From Podarcis cretensis (Eukaryota), in contig OX638165.1 of the NCBI GenBank assembly GCA_951804945.1, forward strand, positions 11,594,001 through 11,658,000: DNA of 64,000 bases, in the 5' to 3' direction. The position numbers and the translations under genes are program-made. Positions 13,700-63,860 of the stretch are shown piece by piece. Below the pieces are notes generated by a model, which was given only the letters and a program-made list of their open reading frames with translations, was not told the origin of the DNA and did not search any database. How positions within the stretch are numbered: the first letter of the stretch is position 1; each line of letters begins with the position of its first letter.

Positions 13700-15400
13700 C
13701 ATTGGATATCACAGAGTGAGTCCTGAGGAAATGTCCAGAGCTTCTAGTCAGGTACTTTTGGATCAGTTCTATCTATTGATGAGCATGTGGACAAGCTACT
13801 TGAAGGATTTTGGACAACAACATGCCCTTCAACCTCCTCCCTTGCTTATCATAACTAATAAAAACTAGCTGAAGGAATGTGACTAGGCAAGTCCTGGGAG
13901 CGGTGAATGCCTTGCTATGGGTAGTGGGAGGTATCATTGGCCTTTAAGGAAACAGTGGTGCATTCCCTTCTCAAGAGGATCTTCCTGGACTCACAGGTGA
14001 TCGCCTAATATCCAGTATCCCCCTTTTTTGCAAGGTGTTCAAGAGGATAGTGATGGTTCAACAGCAGACATGTTTGGAGGAAGCTGATTTTCCGGACTCA
14101 ATCTTGCTTTAGGCCTCGATAGGGCACCAAAATTGCCTTGGTTGTCCTGATTCATTATGTTTGTCAGGAGAGGGATGGAGAAGTGCAACCTTGTTTGTTT
14201 TGCTTGATCCCTCAGGAACTTTTGATACCATTGACCATGATACCCTCCTCTAGAGGCTTTGAAGGTTGGGAGTTAGGGACACTGTTTTTCAGAGATTTCA
14301 TTCCTACCTCCAAGGCCTATTTCAAAGAGTAACAGTGGGAGACTCTTGCTTAGTTCCTTGAGTTCCCATGTCCCTCTTGTCCCTCTTGCTCTAACATCTA
14401 TTTGAAGCCATTGGGATATATTGTCAAGGGCTTTGGAGTGAGGTGCCATCAGCATGCCAATGACATCTAGCTCTAACGTTCTATTCCACCTGAATCAGCA
14501 GGGGCAGTTCAGATGCTGGACTATGTGCAGGCAGTAATGGGCTGTATGTGGACCAGGAAATTGAAACAATCCAGGTAACATGGAGGTACTGTGTGTTGCA
14601 GATTCTTGAATCTGGGAAGAAGGGAGATGGGTGGTTCTGGATGGGATTGCATTCCCGTGGATGAAACAGGCACACATTTGACCCATCTATGTCATTTGAG
14701 GCCCAGGAAGCCTTGGTGGCTAGGAGTGCCTTTTCTAGCCGATTCACCAGTTATAGCTGTTCCCGCAAAAGAATAGCCTGGCTACTGTGATCCATGCTCT
14801 TGTAACTTCCAGACTGTACTGTCGCTATGCATTCCATGTGGGACTGCCATTGAAGACTATTCAGAAGCGGCAACTAGTGCAGAATGTAACACCTAGTGGG
14901 TATCTATGGCTGCAGATATTATGCCAGTCTGAAAAATTATGCACTGGTTTCCAGTCCGTTAACAAGATGAATTTAAGGTGTTAATACTGACACACACCCT
15001 AAATGATTTGGAGCCCAACCATTTGAAGAGGTGCCTCCTCCCACATAGACATGCCTGGGTGTTAAGATAAGTAGGTGAGGCCCTGATAGCAGCACTACCA
15101 CCTTTTGTATTTTAAGGGGTAGGGGTGAGTGAGAGGGGTACCTTGCACCATCATTGTACGGCACCAAGGTGCACCAAGGCCTTCAGTTGAGTGGATGTTT
15201 CTGTGTTACTGGTCTGTGTGGGTGTTTACTTTATTTTGTCTTTGGTTACTTTTTGTAGTTTTTAATTGATTACTTTAATGTAAAAGCAGTTTTAATTGGG
15301 ATATTTTTGTAGCCCATCCCGGGAAGGGGAGGCTATAAGCACTAAATAAATACATACATATATACATGCATGCATACATACATACATACATACATACATA
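13700..15400 (+). mobile_element. L2-clade LINE, decayed ORF2 3' portion and tail
   Basis: ORF 14787 IHALVTSRLY..VGLPLKTIQKRQLVQN matches the L2 C-terminal motif (LVHALVTSRLDYCN..GLP..LQLVQN); ends in a (taca)n tail at ~15350-15400; 5' boundary approximate. Confidence 0.75.
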
Positions 15401-16053
15401 AATTTTGATTTCAAGAGAAATTATGCTTTTACACATCCTTCCCCCAGCTCTAAAGTTTATGCAGCTATTAAAATAGCTTCCATTTCAGGAACCCATTTCT
15501 GCTGCTACACTCAAATGAAAAGCATTTTGAAGTTTACAGGATAATTAGACTGTAAGTGTCTGAAAAAATTGTAGGCATTCCAATCAACAGTTTTCCCAAT
15601 TGTTGTGCTCTCCTTATAATCTAAGGCATGCTTAGCACAAGACAAAAACTCTGCATGTCTATCGCAGCTGGAATGTTGCAAAGGAAGGAAGGTATTTATT
15701 TTCTTCAGTCTATTTTGGTTTTGTTTTAAAATTTTCCTCCTCCTTTACTTTTAAATGGCACTCTTCCATTCTCCTTGAATTTTCTTTGACCCTGGAAGGA
15801 TGCACAGCTGCCTTCCTATTACACCACATACCCCTTCTTCTTTCACTGCTTTCATTATTTTTTGGAGGAACTAGCAAATTTGACTTGCCTAAGCTTAATG
15901 CTAGCTTCTAAACTGATTTTATGAGCTCTGATTCTAGATCACATCTCACACTAATGGAATCATAATCTACAATGTGGGTAGAACTAGCTTTTAAATGCTA
16001 GTTGCACAAAAATGGAACAGTTGTTGATATGTGGTAAATGACAGGACCATGTA

Positions 16054-16278
16054 CAGTGGTACCTCAAGTTACATACGCTTCAGGTTACAGACTCCGCTAA
16101 CCCAGAAATAATGCTTTAGGTTAAGAACTTTGCTTCAGGATGAGAACAGAAATCGTGCTCTGGCGGCGCAGCAGCAGCAGGAGCCCCATTAGCTAAAGTG
16201 ATGCTTTAGGTTAAGAACAGTTTCATGTTAAGAACGGACCTCTGGAACGAATTAAGTACTTAACCCGAGGTACCACTG
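16054..16278. mobile_element. Tc1/mariner MITE, same family as 4747-4972, opposite orientation
   Basis: TIRs cagtggtacctc / gaggtaccactg; TA TSD; interior is the reverse complement of the 4747 copy. Confidence 0.85.
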
Positions 16279-17139
16279 TATAGGCAGAATAAGTTGATGT
16301 ATTTTGAAAAATCTGGTTGTGCTTCCTCAAGGTAGTAGAATTACTGTTTTTGTTTTTCCTGTTATTCCTGATAAGTATTCAGATATATACATTGTTTATT
16401 TTTTAGTGTGTTACTCAAAAATGTATGATCTTAAAGTGGGGTGGGGAACTGGATCTGGCCAGTGGTTGGTCAAATCCTTATTTCCTTCACTCTACCCCCA
16501 GCAACAGGCGAACTTTGACAAGTGGGAAAGTTTTCCTTTCCTGCATGGTTTGAAGTAAAAACTGATGTGGATAAAAGCACATGGTGTTAGTTGCAGGTGG
16601 TAGTGATCAGCTGATTGTCAGCCCTTGGAAAACCCTATGCCATGATGGTCAGCAGTTGCAAAGTGCTGTGCTTCCTCAATTGCACTAGGGAGTTTTCCTT
16701 TGGGGCTTGTTAGCACTGTCTGAAAGTACCACTTGCAGATCAACACTTGGGCACTCAGTTTACGAACCCAGTTGCTCAAGCCATGTCTTTACCTGCCCTG
16801 CCCCTGACATCACATATGAATGTGTTTTGGGGGAAATGGCGTCATGAGCCCAGGGGGGCACATCCTAACCTAATTAAACCTGCCGGCAAGCTGTTCCCAA
16901 ACCATGGGCTAGATGGTTTCATGTTCTGATTGTACAATGCAGCTTCATGTTTCTATGCAAAATGTGGAGTAGGGTGGTAAAAAAAATGGCAACGAATGCA
17001 TTGTTGTCACATCTTATTGACAAAACTACTGATTTTTGAGCGGAGTAAAACATGCACTTGTACATTTAAATGAGGGTTCTCAGCTGGGGGACATTGTTAT
17101 GCTATTACTATCCTGGAGCCAGAGCAGAAGATATATAGT

Positions 17140-17246
17140 TAGGGTTGCCATACATTCGGAATTTCCCGGACATATTCAGAATACTGCAGCTGCAAGTATA
17201 CAAAACTGAAAAAGGCTCAACAACTTTTTGAAATATGGCAACCCTA
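17140..17246. mobile_element. Short hAT-like MITE
   Basis: TIRs tagggttgccata / tatggcaacccta; direct repeat atatagt on both flanks. Confidence 0.7.
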
Positions 17247-18049
17247 ATATAGTGTACTATAAGCAATGCCAAGTCTGTCCACTTTTGATCTGAAGTAGAT
17301 GACCAACGGATATACCAACATACAAACACAAATTGCTACATTTGGGAGTTGTAACATGCAACTTGGACAATGACAAATTTACTTAAACATTTGCTGGCAA
17401 ATAGAAGACAACCACTTGACTTTAATCTTTCTCTGCTGCTTAAGCCACTACATGTGAAGTATGTATACAGATAATGAATTTTCTCCACCTACTACAAGAG
17501 ATATGTGTTACCATCTGTGGCTACAGTTGTCAGATTGAAGTGAATAATGAATCTGGTTGGGAGTAAGATGAAGTAAATGGATAAACAAGAATAATCCATA
17601 CCAGGCAACCATATAACATTGTTTAAAGAGGCTCAGTGAAGACCACCCAGGACAGGCATCAATTTGCGCATAGTTTGTCTTCTCTGATTTTTTTTAAAAG
17701 CAGGTCACAAGACAGAATGTTCTAGAGAGCTCTGGTTAGGCTGAGGATGGTCCTCCCTTCAGATTATAATATAATGTTAACTACCTGCCTCTGTAAATGT
17801 TTGTGCACCTTTGAACAAATTCGTTGCAGTTCAAATTCATTGCTAACATATGGGTGTTGCAGTGGACGTCTTTTTAAAAAAGTGTACTAGCCTACCTGCC
17901 TGCACATGTGCTAGCCAGTTTGGGCCTAAAACATGCTAAGTCACTTTAAAGATTCTCTGCCTGAATGTGTGAAGGCAGTTCTTACTTACCACAGGGAACC
18001 AGGTGAACAACATTTGCAAGCCTGTACTATGATTTAACAACTTTAGCTA

Positions 18050-18427
18050 CCGTATTTTTCGCCCTATAGGACGCACTTTTCCCCCTCCAAAAATGAAGGG
18101 GAAATGTGTGTGCGTCCTATGGGGCGAATGCAGGCTTCAGGAAGCTGTCCGCAAGCCGTGGGAGAGCTGCCTGCACCCCGAAGCTCTCCCACCTCTTGCG
18201 GAGACCTGCTTTGGAGGCTGGCGATGGGGAGAAGCGCACTTCTCCCCATTGCCAGCCCCACAAGCTCGGGGGACAGCGGGGAGGCGGAGCGCGCCTTCCC
18301 GCTGTTCCCCAACCTGGTTCTTCCAGCCCCGCACCTGGGGGGAAATAATTTTTTTTCCCTTTATTTCCCCCCCAAAAAACTAGGTGCGTCCTATGGGCCG
18401 GTGCGTCCTATGGGGCGAAAAATACGG
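18050..18427. mobile_element. Tc1/mariner-type MITE, young and CpG-rich
   Basis: Long TIRs ccgtatttttcgccctataggacgcac / gtgcgtcctatggggcgaaaaatacgg; TA TSD. Confidence 0.85.
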
Positions 18428-20370
18428 TATATTTCCCTAAGGCTATGTGGCCTATGCAGGGAAAACACAAGAGACAAAACAATGAGGTTTGAGCTGGAAG
18501 TGGGGGAGCCATCATAAGTGATTAATTTTGAACTGACTGGGAGGGGGAAAGCGTTTTTTTAAATCTCCCCAAAGCCTTTATGTATACAAGATAGTAGTCT
18601 TGGGCAGTCAGCCACCACTTCACACATAGCCTGCTAGTACAAAGTCCCTCTCAGCCAGTGCTTAATGCAAATTTGCCTGTGTGCTGCATGTGATGAGGAT
18701 GCACTTTGTCGGGATATTTGCCCTATGAAATCTTTGTCCCAGACACTGCCCGTGGGTTATTCTTTTTAGCATTTCGCATGGTGTTGTTTTTAAGTGCTGC
18801 TGTTTCCCAAGTCCTTCTTTCTTTTATATTTAACTTTCACTTGCCCTTAAACATAGGTGGCTGAATGCCAGCTCTTCAAAATCCACTTAGCCAGTTTCCC
18901 CTTTTAAAATGAAAAATTGCCAGAATGGCTATTCTCTCAAGCCTGAGGTTTAATGAAGTGTGAAGAGAGCATTGGTTAATTCTTCTCCCTCCCCCCCCCC
19001 CCCGAAAGCTCTACGTTCCATTTTTAATGGAAGGAAGAATAAACGTAGCCTTGTGAGCAAAGAGTTTGATTGATAAGGTCTGGATTTTGCTGTTTTTGAT
19101 CAACCAGCAACTGGCACAGACAAGGTCCTCTTGAGATGGGCAGATATATTGGCCTACTAGATTTCGATATGAATGAATCCTGGGTCCAATGCTCAGCTTG
19201 CTCTAGAACAGGGGTTCTAAGTTTTTGCAGAAAACCCCTCTTTCAATCCAATAAAAAGAAATACAGTAACTGCAGTAAGAACAAGGTTTTGTGGGGTTTT
19301 TTGGCTGATGAGACTCATGCTGGCTCAATTTTGGATACCACAACAAACCATGGTTAAGGAGGGTTACGTATGGTTTGGCATGATGTTTGAATGGAGAAAC
19401 TATAGTTAGTATCTTTTTGCTCTTCCCATGGATGCTATTGAACCACAGAATCAGGAGAGCAGACCTGGTAAAAAATGAAAGCAGATAAGCAGCTCTTAAC
19501 CATGGCTTTATGTTTATGTTTGGAAGGTTGTCATGGTTTGGTGTGTTGTGTTGTCCTAGACCCAGGACCTGAGAAAACATGATTTGGGGAATCTGTAGCA
19601 TGTACTAAGTCAATTAGGGCACCACCTGCAATGTTTTTCCATCTTGGGTCCCCAGATGTGGTTAGACTACAACTCCTATCATCCATGACCATTGGCTAAA
19701 CTGCATGGGGCTGATGGGAGTTGCAGTCCAACAATATCTGAAGCCCCAAGTTTGAGGAACACCGGAGGAAGCTGTGCTCCAAGTAGAGAGGCATTCACTT
19801 TCTATATTAAATCAAGTTATATTTAAGATTAGCCTTTAGGGAATTATGACTGCTGGGACAGCTGTAAGCCCAATGTCTCAGAATGGTCCTGTTTCCCATC
19901 TGTTAAGTAAGTCTGTGGTGTTCTCTTATTGAAAATGCCCTCAAAGTGATAGAAAAGCATTGTTCCAATATTATTAGATTGGATAACAAAGGTGGATGTT
20001 AAGAAATCTTTCCCTTAAGCAATTCAATCAGATCAGGTGTTTCTAGTGCTCTTTTCTTGATTATGAATAACTGTGGGTTGCATTCCCCAACCTTCCAATA
20101 TTAGGTTTCTTACCCTGTTTTTTAATTTAATAAACATTATACCGCTCTTCAACAAAAACAATCAGGGTGGGTTACAATAAAAGATTCATATACAGAGTTG
20201 CTTCAAGATGTCAGGTTGAGTATTTTTGTGAACTACAGGCTGAGTATTTCTGTGATTCTGAATAAAAGCCTTTAACTTTCACAGAACTACCTTGCGGTTT
20301 CTTTGAGTGATTTGGCAAGGATCCAAAAAGCTGCTTGGGACATGCCCAGTCCAATTGTCACAGATTAAAG

Positions 20371-20456
20371 CTCTCTCTCTCTATCTATCTGTGTGTGTGT
20401 GTGTGTGCGCGCGTGCGTGCGTGCGTGCGCGTGCGCGTGCACACACACACACACAC
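20371..20456. repeat. Compound microsatellite (ct)n(gt)n(gcgt)n(ac)n
   Basis: Read directly. Confidence 0.9.
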
Positions 20457-21907
20457 CTCCAGCTCAAGGGCCTTTATTTGGCAAACTATTTTGAGATGCC
20501 TCTCAGTTTCTAAAGTGCTGGGCAGGGTGTGGTGGGTGGATCCCAATCTTTGTCTATTCTATCAACCTGTGGTGGTGTTAGTACTTTCACTTATATGACA
20601 TTTCATGAGTTCCTTTTGTGTCAAACATAACAACTTTGAAAATAAAACCCAGATATCATAGTTAAAACAGCAACCAACATTTTTAAATACAAACAATAGC
20701 ATTCCAAATAACAGTAAAAACAAGAAAATGGCATTAACTTTGTTGTCTGAGTGGAAAACAAATTAAACAAACATTTCTGACAGCAAAATATAACCCAGGA
20801 AATAGCTTGGTGGCTCTTACTCTACAAAGGACAGATAATTCTGTAGGGTATAGGCCACTCCGGAGAAGGCCTGCTTCCTAAAATTTATACACCTCTTGAT
20901 TGTGAGAAAACCTCTAAGTGGTTTTCAAAAAAGATAAAACAATAAAATTAGAAATAAAACAATAATCATACATGAGGCACAAATACCTTAGAAAATGTAT
21001 ATGTAGGAAATGCATATGTAGATAATTGTCGTTGATCTGAAAACATAATCCTGAATCTTGTGGTACACAATCCACAGCTTGACAAGCTACAGTGGGCAGT
21101 GAAGGCAGTGTTCTGCTCCTGCAGTCAGCTTCTGACTTATGTTTGATGTAGGTTAGCAGAGCATCTGTTCTGCAGTTCAATCTCACTATGCAGTTCCATG
21201 CCTCCCTGCTTCTTGGTGTTCATCAGTCTCTTTCCCTGTCTGCCCTTTAGAATTTGCTGCTGTTATAGGTTCATCAGTTTGAGCAGATGAGAGATGGGCC
21301 ATGGAACACTTAGGTATGATTTTGGTACATAAATGGTGCAGTCAGGAAACTTTTCCTTTTCAGCCTACCCACCCCTTTTCCTCTTCACTGACAAAGATGA
21401 ATGACAGAACCCTTAACAACAACAACAAAATTCCCTTCCTCCTCAAGGCCTTCCTGTGGTCCACACATTAGACTTAGGCTTAAGCTAGCTATTGTCAACT
21501 TGCCATCTATCCAAAAACCTCTTTCCCTAAAGGAAACGTGTGTTGGTCAGTGTATAAAGTCTTAAGCTTTCCAAGTCCTAATGGACCATCAAAAGTCACC
21601 TTCATCCATATGAATCTACCTAACCCTTGAGATCTAGTGAGATTTTGCTATGCGTTCTCCCTGTCAGTGGAAGAACGGTGGGTAAATATGAGAGAATGGC
21701 CTATTCTTTGGTGGCACAGAGACAGTGGAATGTCCTGTCTGGCCTCATTGCCTCTAACCTTTAAAAAATGATTAATATGTTTTCTGGCAGGCATTATCTG
21801 CTATTGTGTTTTAATGCAGAGGTTTTACTGCTACTGTCTGTTGCAGACTGATTTGTTTTCTGTGATGGTTTTAAAATTGATTTTTGATACATTGTGTTAT
21901 TCTTATA

Positions 21908-22148
21908 CAGTGGTACCTTGGTTCTTGAACGTAATCCGTTCCGGAAGTCCATTCGACTTCTGAAATGTTCGGAAACCAAGGTGCGGCTTCCAATTGGTGC
22001 AGGCGCCCTGGAAACAATAGCCGACAGTCGCATTGGATGTTCGGCTTCCGAAAAGTGTTTGAAAACTGGAACACTTACTTCTGGGTTTTCGGTGTTCGGG
22101 AGCCGAAATGTTCGAGTACCAAGGCATTCAAGAACCAAGGTTCCATTG
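21908..22148. mobile_element. Tc1/mariner (Tigger-like) MITE
   Basis: TIRs cagtggtaccttggttcttgaa / ttcaagaaccaaggttccattg; TA TSD. Confidence 0.85.
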
Positions 22149-24813
22149 TATACTACTTTGAATATATTGTTTATAAAATGGTGGAATTAAAAATGCTAAA
22201 AGTAAAACAGGATAGTTTGAAACTCAGTCATTTGCAGCACTTCCCACTCAGTTCTGTTTTTGTTAGCTTTCGCTGTTCAGTAACACACACTATTCTGTAG
22301 CCCTTTGGTTTTTAAACTAAATTTATTAATTTTAAATGCATCAAAAAACCTTAATGAAAAATACCTGTTGGGGATTCTGAAAGAAACTGTGTTTCCTCTT
22401 TAAGTGTGAGAACTTATTTATAGATTAACAACAGAATATATTGCATGTCCTGCTAAAAGAAAATAACACTGTTAATATCGATTCAACAAATAAGCAAATT
22501 AAAGGCCCTTCAATGTGATGGGAGACTTGAGGTTTTAAGATGAATATGGATTTTAGCTATCTGGTCTTATTTTTAGAAGAGAAGCCATAGAAACATCACT
22601 TGAAAGTTGAATTCACTTTGGATACAGACTGGAAAGAAGTCATACTTTAGTTCCTTTTTGCATAAAATTGGGTGTAGGGAGGAGAAAAACGGCATATCTG
22701 TGTGGCCTGCATGAATCTTGTAGCCCTGAATTTCTGCTTTGCTCTCATTACCACTGATAAATGGTGGATTTTTTAATTGTATATCAATGCTTCAGTTGAT
22801 TAATCAGTAGATTAAAGTGTACATTCCTAAAAGATGCCTTACAGTAATTAAGTGCATCTTCTCAAGGGAAAGGCTAGTTGTCGGCTAACCTACACTTGAC
22901 CTTGCTCTTAATTTAGATGAAAGCTTTGGGGACCAAAGTACAGTAGTAATTTCTGGGTGGAGTTGAAGCCACCCTGTACTGAGTTTCCACCCTGTGTTCA
23001 AATCCTGCTGGCACTTGTCTGGATCTTACCAATTTGAGCTAGACATATTTGAATTTTCTGTCATAGCTGCATTCTTTCTTTGCACTTCCTGCAAAAATGT
23101 CTGGGCTTTTATGTTGGACTATAAGTTTTTAACCTTGGTCACAATGAGCCCACCCCAGAAGTGTGGAAGAATTGACTTGAGCTATGTAACATTGAAGGAA
23201 GACCATTCAATACCAGTGGGAACTGTGAACTTTGTCTCAGGCAGTGAATGGGCAGAGTAATAGAAAGGGCTGCAAAAACCTGTTCTGTGGTGTTGAGGTT
23301 CCAAAGGGTAGTTTTGCAAAGGTGAAGGTGTTGATCTGTTGGCTCCAGTGGTGGTCCATCGATGAGGAAAATATGCTTCCACTCAGACTATATTTCAAGG
23401 ATCCAGGTTTTTCAAAGCCAGGATTTGTCAAGACAATTCAATCGCAAGACAGTATCAAGAGTTCAGGACCCAGGAAGAATTAGGTTGGCAGCTGGAGGAA
23501 TTAAGACCTATTTCCAACCAAAATTTGTACAGCTATTCCTGATAATAGCATCTTTTCCACAGACTTTTTTTTATGTTCTGAAAACTCTCCTGCACCATTG
23601 TCAGTACTGTTGACAAGGACTGCTTGTTGACAAGGAAGAATGGGGCAAATTCAAAACACCAGGAGAGAGAGTATATGCCTGCAGATTTAGTAATGACTGC
23701 ATTAAAATAATGTAAACAAGAGCAACCATAACTTTAGCATCCAGACATGGGAAATTTCCCCTCTAGTCTTGAGGTCAGAGATTCTGGGTTCCCTTAGGAG
23801 GAAGGGGAGAATAGAAATTGAATAAATAATGTTCCTTTGCACAATATCCAAATGACTTAAACATGAATTTATCCAGGAAATAAACCTGTGAAAACAAGCT
23901 TCCTGCTGGTGAGCAATTAAATCTCATGAAGTTTTGAAATGTTGTGATGACATTTGTGTTCAAGTTCAGAACCCAGTTTCCTTCCTGTTCACGTGAGTTC
24001 TCTCCTTTTGTGTTGTGTGAGGTTGCATTTTAGACTCTCAAATTTTACCTCCACTTTCCCTGTAGTCATCTGGGTCCTGAAGTAGCCACACGCAAATAAC
24101 TTGATTAATTATCAATACTTTATGCACAATACATCTAAACGAAATGTTGTACCATATTTTAAGCCTAGTATTACCATTTCAGAACCTCTAGGGTTAAGCA
24201 AGCGAGAAAGTTCTAAACAGATAAAAGGCTTATTATTGTAGAAATGTCAATAGTGCAACAAGAGCTTATCCTTTATATAACATTTCCAGCATGATTTCTT
24301 AGCTTCTGCTTACATTATTATATTAGCTTTATAATCTTGACAAAATGGAAAGCTTTCTAGTACACATAGAAAGAGATGTGCATGTATGTGTTGAAAAAAT
24401 GAAATGAAAAGGACTCATCCTCCTGGCAAGTGCCACTTGGAAATCTGTTTTCTGTGCCTCTTGGCATACTTGAAGCTAACAGTCTGTCTCACTCAAGTTT
24501 CAGTCTGAGCCAAATGGATTCAGATTGCCTACATATGGAGAATTCATGGTAGGTAAAGGACAAAGTTGTTAGCATTGCCCTGCCTCCTAAGCTGCCTTGT
24601 GTTCTGGAAGGCTGGAAGAGTGTGCTGTTCTTGATCATTTTCTTGGTAGAAATATACAGTAAAATACTGATTTCAACAGCCTTGTTTGGGGAGCTGGAAG
24701 TGGAGAGGAGAGACTGTTCCAGCTGCTTTATAGTTCAAGAAAGGGTAAACCTTGTGTCCTTTCACAATTGGCAAGTGTGTGTATGTAAAAGTTTTTGTTT
24801 CAGGAGTTCCTGA

Positions 24814-61117
<36,304 letters not shown>

Positions 61118-63860
61118 TGATGACAACACGGTGGTCCCTCCTGTGTCCTCATCACTCTGCTGCAATGTGGCATCACCTCTGTCCAAACCATCAGCCAAAT
61201 CAGAGCTGTCCTGTGGTAACTTCACCCATGTTGCATTACTGTGTGTTGATCTGGTCTCGCCAGGGAGGGACCAGCCTCTGGTGCCAAGAGAGATGCTACA
61301 TTTTTGTCTCCAGCCAAGGAGCCGCCCGCCAATTGCTTTCTCATATTTTTCTGCCACATCGTGTCGTGGGTGTCCAGCCTCCATCTGTGCTGAGTGCATT
61401 GCATTTTGGGAACGAATCCCAAAATATTTGGATTCTACTGGTTTCCCATCACTCCTGGCGCACACTCCTCCTCTGAGCTGGCATGCCTGTGTCTTCCTGA
61501 AGAATGTGTTTGAGAACTTGTGGTCCACAAAACTTCGCCTTTAACAATATTGTTCTTTTTTACATTTTAGCTTTTGCTGAGCCAACCGAGAGCTTTACTG
61601 AGCACCCACTCTCAAAGTTCTCCTTTTCAACCTCAGCCTTTCCAAAAGCACAAAGCTTGCAAAGCCCACATTGGCTGTTGTGTTAGCAACCAAACTCAAC
61701 CCCATCTGGTTCTTGCCATTAGTAGGCAAGGCCCTTTCTCCTGCCGCCAACCCATCCTGTGTCACGTTGCTAGGTCAAACATGCCAGGTTGGTGGTAGGA
61801 GCCTCAGCAATCTTGCGCGGTTGCCGCTCCTTGCAAAGATGAGGAGCAGAAAAGTCAGTTGTAGGGAGCTAGAAGCAGACACTTTCCTTGAACAGGCACA
61901 CCCACTGCTCTCCCATGGCTGTGTCCCTTCACTCTTTCATGTTTGTACTGCTCTTTTCTTACACTTCCCCTCATCTCACCTTCAAAGTGTTTTTTAAAAG
62001 AACTTAGGTCACCTAAGATACATTTCCATTTCTTTGTAAGACTCCACTTTCTAGAGTGGCATCACAGTGCAGTGAGGGGTGGTGAAGGTTGTCCACCATA
62101 CTGAAGAGTTGGATAACTTCATTAGACAGACTGTCCTGAAACTCACCCTGTTCATCTGTATTTGGCAACAGTTCTGAGAGGTGTGTACTCCCTGCCACAG
62201 TCAAGAGGAGAGGCTACACCTTGTTCTTCTGCCCTCTTTCTGGCTCCTGAGCCTGCCTTGTGGTGTGATGCATCTCAGCACAAGGAGATACTTTGGGGTG
62301 ACCTGCTCAGCCATCTGTGCAGTCTACTTGTCACAGCCATTTATAAGGCATGCTTGGGATTCCAGCAGCATTCCTTCCCTTTTGGCATTTCAGTTTTGGG
62401 GTTTTTATTTGAAGTAGCCCCATGTTGCAGAGCCTCTGGGAACTCTACGTGCCATACCAGAAGTAGCAGACTTTGCCAATCATTCTTCTGAGCGCTCGCC
62501 TTGGCAGGCAAGAGATCAGCCTTTGCCCTGAGACTTGAAGGGAGCAATTTGAATAGCTGCAGGGGTTGGATGCATGGCTGAGACCAGAGGTTCCTTGACA
62601 GTGATGCAAAATAGCTTTACCAGCTGCAACATAGTGATGCTTAAGGAAGACTGGAGAAAAGGCTACTTTTGTGTAGCAAGCCTGCACTTCAGAGGGCAGT
62701 TTTTGTGTGCTTGATATGCACTTCTGTCCCTCAAAGACCTTCCCTCCTTTCTTCTCCAAGCATTGGCACTCCTGTTTTGTTTTCTGTTTTTTTGCTAAGG
62801 TAGTAAAACATGAAAACAAACAGGGGCCCTTGAAGCTGGTATTGCAGGGGACAAATGGGAGCCACCTTGCCTCCTCTCCTAGAGCACTTTGTCAGCAGCT
62901 CTGAGATGCTTCCAGGGAGCTGTGCTGCTTTTTATCTGTTCCTGACCAGCAATAAATCAAACCACCCCTACTGTGGGGTCTGGCAGCACATCATCAGCCC
63001 ACTTTATTGGCTGTTCGAAACGGCTTTGGGACCATCATAATGCTTAAGCACTTAACTGCTCGTAGCATACAGTGTGGACCTGTCAAACAGTGGAGCATAC
63101 AGTCCACATTCGGTCTTTTAGATGGTTTTTAGATTTTTAAATCCACATATATTTTCAGAGGCCTCAAAATTCAGCTTAAAGTAACTGTGTGTGTAAGCAG
63201 AGTGAAATTTTGTCTAGCTGGAAGTGGTGATTCTGGTTTCTAGGCTATTACAGTGGAAGGGGAAATGTGGAGGTGGCAGGGAGAGAGCTGGCTTTATAAA
63301 TAACTCTTGAGCAATCTGCTCTGCTTCCCAGATTGAAAGAGGAGGACCCAGGCAAGCTCTTTGCCTTCAGGAAGTTTCTCCCCAAGGCCAGTTCTTTTAG
63401 GCTTGTCCTTGAGCCACTGCAGCTGTTTCTTGAGAGAGAGATCCCAAGAAGAATGACAATAAGTACCAGCAGCTTCGTTCACCTCATGCCCCTGGGCGGG
63501 GTGTCCCCTCCGAGGCTTAACTGGCAGTGGGCCCCTGGATCGGATTGCATCCCCCTCGTTGTGGAGTCTCGGTGGCAGATAAAAAAACCTGTACACTTTT
63601 TTCCATTTCCTTCTCTTGGCTCCTGCTGCTGTGGCTATGTTACAAATGTGGCTTTTGTACTACTCTGTCCCAAGCAATGCTCTCAGAGCCACAAAGTGAA
63701 CTTGATCTTGTGCGTCTGTCCTAAACACCGCAGCCCCCTGCCTCAAGGAGATGTCACAGATATCTTGGCATGCTACATATTTTGTTTTGAGTTAGATCTC
63801 TCTTTGTGTCCTCCCCACTCATTGAATACTGAATAAACTCCTTGGCTCAAATGTGGGAAA
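61118..63860 (+). other. PACS1: Putative PACS1 3' UTR
   Basis: Follows the stop codon and is largely free of recognisable repeats. AATAAA at 62951-62956 and 63832-63837; the exact end is inferred. Confidence 0.6.
63832..63837 (+). terminator. Candidate distal polyadenylation signal AATAAA
   Basis: Canonical hexamer after a U/GU-rich UTR segment. Confidence 0.5.

Noticed and set aside
24680-24750. ORF 24622..24813 contains LFGELEVERRDCSSC, superficially like the end of PACS1 exon 1 (LYATWEVDRSSSSC), followed by a gtaaac donor-like site
   Set aside because: The donor at 24745 is in the wrong phase for that frame, and the frame that would join exon 2 has TAG at 24731. The conserved Trp is missing. 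Most likely chance.
63333-63836. 167-aa ORF, and the 138-148 aa ORFs at 61060-61544
   Set aside because: They lie in the PACS1 last exon or 3' UTR, the 167-aa one has a non-ATG start, and none resembles a known protein.
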